Below are positions 1 to 4,140 of a DNA stretch of 4,140 bases, piece by piece. The notes under the pieces are model-generated. The model was given only the letters and a program-made list of their open reading frames with translations, ran no database searches and was not told the origin of the DNA. This DNA is from a virus (Duplodnaviria; Heunggongvirae; Uroviricota; Caudoviricetes): the IMG/VR virus record IMGVR_UViG_2529292873_000018; one strand, written 5' to 3'. How positions within the stretch are numbered: position 1 is the first letter of the stretch; each line of letters begins with the position of its first letter. A program made the translations under genes and the position numbers.

Positions 1-1236
1 CTACGATAACCGCGCATTCAACATGGCTATCTGTTCGTCGTTCATGTCATCAATCCACATACCGTAAATTTCATACACCATCTGCGCAGTTTCATGCCCC
101 ATTTGGCTGGCTATAAATGCCGGGTTCGCTCCTGCCGTCAACAGCCAGCAGGCAAAAGTATGCCGCGTATGGTACGGATTACGACGGCGAATACCAGCAC
201 GTTTTACTGCTGCATTCCACCTTGCCCCCAAACTGCTTACCGAGTAATAAGGTTTTTGTTTTCCGTTACACACCCTGGGCATGAAAACAAAATGCAGTTT
301 TTGCTTTTCGGTTCTGCCGTACTCCCGATGGTAAAAGGTGATTTCGCTTTTGCGATGATGCCCGGTCAGTTTGTATTGCTCCTTCAGTGCTTCAAGAGCA
401 GGCTGCAGTAGTGTTACTGTCCGGATCCCGGCATTTGTTTTTGGGGGACCGAACATATCAAGTATCGTCAGGTTTCTTCTGACATTCACTATTCCCTTTT
501 CGAGATCCACATCCTCCCACGCCAGAGCTGCCAGTTCCCCGTGACGAAGTCCTGAGTAAACGGCAAATTTCCACAAGTTCTGGCTCTGTCCTTTTTCACT
601 TTCCATTAATGCATTGAATTCTGTTTTAGATAACGGATCAGGCTTTATTCTGTTTCGCTGTAATTTTTTTACTCCTTCAAATGGTTTGGTTGATATAAAT
701 CCCGACTGATACGCAAAACGCAACAGCGAACAGAGCAGGGCGATATAGTTATCAACTGTGCGCACGGTTCTTCCTTTTTTGTTGGATCTTGGATTATCCA
801 GGTAAAGCGTTTCTCCATGCAGCAGTTCATTCCGGTAGTTTAAGATATCGCTATAACGAATATGTGATATCGGGGTACTTTCACAAATTATTATTCTGAG
901 TGTTTTTAATTGTGATTTTGTTTTCTTCATTGTGTTTGTTGTTAACTCTGTCTCTTTAATTTTTGTCCAGATATCACAAAGCTCTCCGAACGTTTTTATG
1001 ACTCTCGTTGTCACCATTTTTGCCCCAGTGCTGGACTGGGGAAAACGTCTTAAATACTCAAATTCACCGGAGTTTATTTCATGAACTATCAGCGCTCTTA
1101 AATTTCCGGCCTTTTTAATATTACTGTTTGTAATCTCCCAGCCTTTTAATGTTTCCCGACATCGTTTTCCTCGAAACATGAACCAGATGCGAATGTATCT
1201 ACCTCTAATCTCGACACCTGTTGGTAATTTAGACAT
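1..1236 (-). CDS. intR: Prophage tyrosine-type site-specific integrase (411 aa, complete)
   Basis: Minus-strand ORF with ATG at 1234-1236 and TAG stop at 1-3. The translation (MSKLPTGVEIRGRYIRIWFMFRGKRCRETLKGW...) is recognised as the Rac prophage integrase IntR. C-terminal half carries tyrosine-recombinase hallmarks: R in LRHGELAALAWEDV, H-x-x-R in HTRHTFACWLL, and a terminal Tyr in MVYEIYGMW. AT-rich 5' third (about 860-1000) is typical of a horizontally acquired arm-binding domain. Identity is from memory, not a search. Confidence 0.9.
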   Translation of the reverse strand: MSKLPTGVEIRGRYIRIWFMFRGKRCRETLKGWEITNSNIKKAGNLRALIVHEINSGEFEYLRRFPQSSTGAKMVTTRVIKTFGELCDIWTKIKETELTTNTMKKTKSQLKTLRIIICESTPISHIRYSDILNYRNELLHGETLYLDNPRSNKKGRTVRTVDNYIALLCSLLRFAYQSGFISTKPFEGVKKLQRNRIKPDPLSKTEFNALMESEKGQSQNLWKFAVYSGLRHGELAALAWEDVDLEKGIVNVRRNLTILDMFGPPKTNAGIRTVTLLQPALEALKEQYKLTGHHRKSEITFYHREYGRTEKQKLHFVFMPRVCNGKQKPYYSVSSLGARWNAAVKRAGIRRRNPYHTRHTFACWLLTAGANPAFIASQMGHETAQMVYEIYGMWIDDMNDEQIAMLNARLS

Positions 1237-1237
1237 A

Positions 1238-1453
1238 TCATGAGTCTTTGATAAACTGATTTATCTTTGGATAGTTGTACCAGATAATCCCTCGTTTGCT
1301 GTCTGGCTTACCTAAAGGAGATACTCGTTTGAAGTGGAAGCCCTCCACCCAACAGTTCTGGCGGTATGCTTCAATTTGTCTGGCCCCCAGACCAGTGCGA
1401 AGCATCAGGCCGTATTCAACCATCCACTCTTCATTAAAGATTACTTGTGCCAT
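1238..1453 (-). CDS. ydaQ: Small excisionase-like / AlpA-type DNA-binding protein (71 aa)
   Basis: The ORF track starts at a TTG at 1475-1477 (79 aa). The first ATG is at 1451-1453 and is preceded by a Shine-Dalgarno GAGGTGA (minus strand, about 1458-1464), giving 71 aa ([35 protein letters not shown]...), the size I recall for Rac YdaQ/XisR. Its TGA stop (1238-1240) sits 1 nt upstream of the intR ATG, the classic xis-int arrangement. Confidence 0.8.
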   Translation of the reverse strand: MAQVIFNEEWMVEYGLMLRTGLGARQIEAYRQNCWVEGFHFKRVSPLGKPDSKRGIIWYNYPKINQFIKDS

Positions 1454-1490
1454 CGCATCACCTCTGGCAGGCGCCAATGTTAGACTGAAA

Positions 1491-1518
1491 TTGACGCCCG
1501 ATGTTGATTATTAATAAT
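1491..1518 (+). promoter_or_regulatory. Candidate sigma70-like promoter firing rightward, antisense to ydaC/ralR (TTGACG -35, 16-bp spacer, AATAAT -10)
   Basis: Plus strand TTGACG at 1491-1496 and AATAAT at 1513-1518, in the ydaQ-ydaC intergenic region. A second good -10-like hexamer TACAAT lies at 1542-1547 without a convincing -35. By-eye motif match only; no experimental or computational scoring available. Confidence 0.2.
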
Positions 1519-1531
1519 CAGCTATGAAGTT

Positions 1532-1741
1532 TTAATTTGAATACAATGCAATTCTCGAGGACTGAAGTTTCTCGCAATTAAAATTTATCAGTTTTACTTT
1601 CTGCTCTCTGGAAACGCCTGCTTCTTTTTTACCTGAGAGCATTTTTTCGCATTCTGATTTCGTTAGTTTAGATTTTGAATATCTTGTCCAGTTAGTAGGA
1701 GTGCCACCTTCCTTTTCAATAGTGGCGGTAATTTTATACAT
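1532..1741 (-). CDS. ydaC: Small protein of unknown function, YdaC-like (69 aa)
   Basis: The ORF track gives 93 aa from an ATG at 1813, but that extension overlaps ralR out of frame for about 80 nt. The internal ATG at 1739-1741 is preceded by a strong SD GGAGGTG (minus strand, 1745-1751) and gives 69 aa (MYKITATIEKEGGTPTNWTRYSKSKLTKSECEKML...), matching the size I recall for Rac YdaC. TAA stop at 1532-1534. Confidence 0.75.
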   Translation of the reverse strand: MYKITATIEKEGGTPTNWTRYSKSKLTKSECEKMLSGKKEAGVSREQKVKLINFNCEKLQSSRIALYSN

Positions 1742-1750
1742 GAACACCTC
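1555..1750 (+). ncRNA. ralA: Possible location of the RalA antisense sRNA antitoxin (coordinates approximate, not resolvable from sequence alone)
   Basis: Established knowledge, from memory: RalA is a roughly 179-nt Hfq-dependent sRNA encoded opposite ralR with a 16-nt overlap with the ralR coding region. Placement antisense to ydaC, overlapping the ralR 3' end, is my best recollection, supported only weakly by plus-strand promoter-like hexamers at 1491-1518 and 1542-1547. No clear intrinsic terminator was found on the plus strand. Confidence 0.2.
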
Positions 1751-1928
1751 CATTATTATTTCCAGTGGTTCGTTTATTCCATCTTTCGAGTGCTTCTTTT
1801 TCACTTCCACCATAACCGGTTCGGGATTCGCATCCGTTACACTTCGCTCGGTAATATCCTGAAATGGCTTTCACCGTTACTGATGGACAACCACAAAATG
1901 GACATGGTTTAACATTGTCATATCTCAT
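1734..1928 (-). CDS. ralR: RalR/Lar-like small zinc-ribbon protein (restriction alleviation protein; reported DNase toxin of the RalR/RalA type I toxin-antitoxin pair), 64 aa
   Basis: Minus-strand frame with three in-frame ATGs (1965-1967, 1938-1940, 1926-1928). The 64-aa product from 1928 (MRYDNVKPCPFCGCPSVTVKAISGYYRAKCNGCESRTGYGGSEKEALERWNKRTTGNNNGGVHV) matches my recollection of RalR. It contains CPFC...CNGC, a C4 zinc-ribbon-like motif. No good SD precedes any of the three ATGs. Stop at 1734-1736; the last codons overlap the ydaC start and SD. Confidence 0.75.
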   Translation of the reverse strand: MRYDNVKPCPFCGCPSVTVKAISGYYRAKCNGCESRTGYGGSEKEALERWNKRTTGNNNGGVHV

Positions 1929-1957
1929 AATTTTTCTCATAAAAAATATTTCAAGTT

Positions 1958-1976
1958 GGCGGTGCATTACACCGCC
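1958..1976 (-). other. GC-rich stem-loop (7-bp perfect stem GGCGGTG / CACCGCC, 5-nt loop) in the recT-ralR intercistronic region
   Basis: Plus strand 1958-1964 ggcggtg, loop 1965-1969 catta, 1970-1976 caccgcc. On the sense (minus) strand it begins 8 nt after the recT stop and ends 29 nt before the ralR ATG at 1928. The loop contains an in-frame ATG (1965-1967). A U6 run follows only about 11 nt downstream, so it is not a canonical intrinsic terminator. Confidence 0.5.
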
Positions 1977-1984
1977 AGGCTGAA

Positions 1985-2795
1985 TTATTCCTCTGAATTA
2001 TCGATTACACTGTATTCCCCGGTTAATACAGAGGAATCTGCAGGATCGATTGTCAGTGGTTCCTTTTCATCCATTGATACTGCACGCTGGATCTCAATTG
2101 ATACGGGCAGATATTTGAACAGGCGACGAATAGCCGTTTTCTTTGCCATTTCTTCCCAGTGAGTTACCCACGGCCCGTTATTACCAGCTTTACTCAGGCT
2201 GCGCACCAGCTCAATCTGTTTGCGCGTCATAACTTCAAACTGAGTACCTCCGTCTTTCAGTCTTGCGACAGCATAGACGTGGGTAACCGGGGCATCTTCG
2301 TTTTCTCCCGGGCGGTGTATTAACTTTTCATCAAGGCCAAATTCGAAGCTAAACTCGTCACCTTCACGGACAACACGGGCTGACAGGCTGGCGATTTGAC
2401 CAGAACGGCGAGCCAGATCAATCATGCCGCGATAGCCAATGATTAGCTGAACGTTCTTTTTACCGCTCTTTTCGTTTTTATTACCAAAAGGCAGTAAATA
2501 TGCATGACCGAGGGCGCTACCTGGCTCAAGTCCGAGCTGTGAACACTGTACGATGGCACCGATAAAACTCGTCGAGTCACAGTTTCTTAGTTCCGGTACT
2601 TTACGGATTTCTGTTGTAGCAATGCGGATCATGCGTTCCGCTGTCATTGTGACGTGGCAGAGCTGCTGCCAGTTGCGCTTTCATTGCCGGGCTGTTAATC
2701 ACGCACAGCACATCCTTATCGTTAACTGCTGCTGGTGCACGGTTTCCCTGAGTTTTTTGCAGATCGGCTTTTGCGATAGGTGGTTGCTTAATCAT
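1985..2795 (-). pseudogene. recT: recT (RecT single-strand annealing protein) disrupted by a +1 frameshift at position 2648; N-terminal 49 codons (2649-2795) and C-terminal 220 codons (1985-2647) are in different frames
   Basis: ORF 2601-2852(-) contains [49 protein letters not shown] and then runs out of frame (NDSGTHDPHCYNRNP, stop at 2601-2603). ORF 1985-2647(-) begins MTAERMIRIATTEIRKVPELRNC... and runs to the RecT C-terminus ...GEYSVIDNSEE. The two frames differ by 1 nt (2852 mod 3 = 2, 2647 mod 3 = 1). Minus-strand sequence at the junction is CCA CGT CAC A ATG ACA GCG, so one extra A (plus-strand T at 2648) lies between the His-49 codon and the Met-50 codon. 49 + 220 = 269 aa, the length of intact RecT as I recall it. 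Start ATG at 2793-2795 with SD AAGGAG (plus coordinates 2804-2809), 8 nt spacing. Confidence 0.8.
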
Positions 2796-4140
2796 TTGCA
2801 TACTCCTTAGCCCAGCGGGGCAGTGATAACGTCTTAATAGCTGGCCATTCATCGGTATTTAGGCAGTCAGCCAGGGTCCGCAGATTGCGGTGATATTCCT
2901 GCTGGCCTGCCAGTTTTGCTTCTTCGCCCATCATGAAAATCTCAACCGGATAACGTCCGCATTCAACAGTTGTGCTGGCAACCAGAAAAACGAAAGTTGG
3001 CTGCACGCCAAACTGTGCTTCATAACCGTCACTGTAGAATGCATCCTGAACGTGATAGCGGTAGTCGTAATAAGCCGTTTTGAATCGTTGAATATCCGCT
3101 GTGGTTTTCACGTCCATGATCCAGTGAAATTCAGGAATAATTTTGTCCGGACGGCACCGACACAAAATTCCTGTTTCCGGATCTTCCCAGTAAATTGATG
3201 ATTCAGCGTGTCCGGCGCTTTCAACAAGCCATTGCCCCAGCGGCAAAGCCATAACGCTTTGATACATGAGTTCAATTTTCCGGCCTTCTTCCGCAGTGAT
3301 AACCGTTTTTCCTGTGCTTGCGCATTCCATCAGAAACGCTTTCTCTTCTTCTTTTCCGGCGTTTGTACGGCGGTTAAATTCAGGTGCTACGATAAAGCGG
3401 TTACTGAATTCTTCCGGTTCAAGTACCCGGCAGTGGAAAGCGGTTCCTAAATCGAGCGTTTTTGTCTTTGTAGTGTCCACGGGAGCATCTTTACGCCACA
3501 AATACAGTGCCGGAGTATCAGCAATGTCATCGAGCTGAGACTTACTGACACCGGGACCTGCGTGGTAATTCTCATTCGAAATTCCGTAATAAATACCTGG
3601 CTCTATGTCTTCTACGATTACGGGATCTGCGACTTCGCCAGTTTCATCACTGCAATCGCGATGCGGATCGCTGCCAGCATTCTCATTGTGCGGATGTTCA
3701 GCGCCTTCCATTTCCTCCGGATCTTTTTCCTGAACTTCAACCTGATACTCTTCATCGAATGTTTCTTGGTATGTTGCGTCGCCCATCACCGCGCCACAAT
3801 CAGGGCAGTTGCCGCCGCCGGTCTGACCGCAGGCGGTGCAGGCTTTTTCCACTTCCTGTTGCGCCACTGGTTCAGGCTGTTTCGTTTCTGGCTCGTTTTG
3901 TAACGCATTTGGACTGTTTTGTTCCGCTTTTTGGTAGTTCCGTTCCGATTCATGCTGGTTCTGGTTCACAGAATCGCGGGTCTGGATCCCCTTAATCCAT
4001 TTCGGATCATTCGGGTCACTAATCCCTTCAACAAATTCACCACGTGATGCAGCAAGCAACTTATCGGCGTCAGGCTGGCTGATATTGGCTGCCTGCATAA
4101 TTTTGTTTACTTCGTCAGCGGTAACTTTATCGGCTCTGGT
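2788..4140 (-). CDS. recE: recE (exonuclease VIII), 3' portion encoding the C-terminal 450 aa; 5' end lies beyond the right edge of the window
   Basis: Minus-strand frame is open from 4140 to the TAA stop at 2788-2790; the listed ORF start (M at 4096-4098) is internal. Translation ends ...[16 protein letters not shown], recognised as the RecE C-terminus. PD-(D/E)XK nuclease motif is intact: RPDK (D codon 3145-3147) and IMDVK (D codon 3112-3114, K codon 3106-3108), consistent with RecE active-site residues I recall as D748, D759 and K761 if the protein is 866 aa. Upstream is an acidic low-complexity region with a CxxC-x7-CxxC cluster (3796-3840). Confidence 0.9.
   Translation of the reverse strand, partial: TRADKVTADEVNKIMQAANISQPDADKLLAASRGEFVEGISDPNDPKWIKGIQTRDSVNQNQHESERNYQKAEQNSPNALQNEPETKQPEPVAQQEVEKACTACGQTGGGNCPDCGAVMGDATYQETFDEEYQVEVQEKDPEEMEGAEHPHNENAGSDPHRDCSDETGEVADPVIVEDIEPGIYYGISNENYHAGPGVSKSQLDDIADTPALYLWRKDAPVDTTKTKTLDLGTAFHCRVLEPEEFSNRFIVAPEFNRRTNAGKEEEKAFLMECASTGKTVITAEEGRKIELMYQSVMALPLGQWLVESAGHAESSIYWEDPETGILCRCRPDKIIPEFHWIMDVKTTADIQRFKTAYYDYRYHVQDAFYSDGYEAQFGVQPTFVFLVASTTVECGRYPVEIFMMGEEAKLAGQQEYHRNLRTLADCLNTDEWPAIKTLSLPRWAKEYAND

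Noticed and set aside
94-411. Plus-strand ORF of 105 aa
   Set aside because: Lies entirely antisense within the intR coding region, has no RBS and no recognisable protein features. Treated as an antisense artefact.
1454-1477. Upstream extension of ydaQ to the TTG at 1475-1477
   Set aside because: Non-ATG start chosen by the ORF track. The ATG at 1451-1453 has a proper SD and gives the expected 71 aa.
1275-1514. Plus-strand ORF of 79 aa
   Set aside because: Antisense to the ydaQ excisionase-like gene, basic low-complexity translation, no RBS.
1742-1813. Upstream extension of the ydaC ORF to the ATG at 1813 (93-aa version)
   Set aside because: The extension overlaps ralR out of frame for about 80 nt and lacks an SD. 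The internal ATG at 1741 has a strong GGAGGTG SD and gives the expected 69 aa.
1929-1967. Upstream extension of ralR to the ATG at 1967 or 1940 (77-aa or 68-aa versions)
   Set aside because: No SD before either ATG, and the ATG at 1965-1967 sits in the loop of the hairpin. The 64-aa product matches known RalR size. Kept as an open question in the findings rather than a separate gene.
1958-1976. Hairpin as a canonical Rho-independent terminator
   Set aside because: On neither strand is the stem immediately followed by a U-tract (minus strand has an 11-nt gap before U6; plus strand is followed by AGGCUGAAUUAUUCC). Reported as a structured element only.
1990-2051. Short inverted repeats and duplicated ATCGAT in the recT 3' end
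   Set aside because: Six-bp matches inside coding sequence, within chance expectation. No flanking features suggesting a binding site or mobile-element end.
1956-2162. Plus-strand ORF of 68 aa
   Set aside because: Starts at a TTG inside the hairpin and runs antisense to the recT 3' end. No support.
2601-2648. C-terminal tail NDSGTHDPHCYNRNP of the minus-strand ORF 2601-2852
   Set aside because: This is out-of-frame read-through created by the recT frameshift, not a distinct domain or gene.
2553-2810. Plus-strand ORF of 85 aa
   Set aside because: Antisense to the recT 5' region, Cys/Trp-rich nonsense translation.
2890-3995. Five plus-strand ORFs (2890-3198, 3208-3450, 3266-3538, 3562-3903, 3759-3995)
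   Set aside because: All are antisense to recE. Their Phe/Ile-rich or Arg-rich translations are what the complement of acidic and GC-rich codons produces. No RBS or motifs.
1-4140. CRISPR array, tRNA, rRNA or insertion-sequence ends
   Set aside because: No regularly spaced direct repeats, no cloverleaf-compatible segments and no terminal inverted repeats with transposase-like ORFs were seen by eye. The window is almost fully occupied by the six minus-strand genes.

Overview
This window reads as the left arm of a Rac-type lambdoid cryptic prophage of Escherichia coli (or a close enterobacterial relative). All credible genes are on the minus strand in one leftward, tightly packed and translationally coupled array: recE (3' part, runs off the right edge), recT, ralR, ydaC, an excisionase-like gene (ydaQ/xisR) and the integrase intR, whose stop codon is at positions 1-3. 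Identifications rest on recognition of the translated ORFs and on conserved motifs (PD-(D/E)XK nuclease motif in RecE, tyrosine-recombinase motifs in IntR, Cys4 motif in RalR); no database search was possible. I do not see a genuinely novel system here. The most notable observation is that recT is split by a single-base insertion at position 2648: its first 49 codons and remaining 220 codons lie in different frames, while the adjacent recE nuclease domain looks intact. Secondary points are the RalR toxin locus (its sRNA antitoxin RalA cannot be placed from sequence alone), a GC-rich hairpin between recT and ralR that holds an in-frame ATG in its loop, and overlapping stop/start junctions throughout. 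No tRNA, rRNA, CRISPR array or IS element was found. All plus-strand ORFs look like antisense artefacts.
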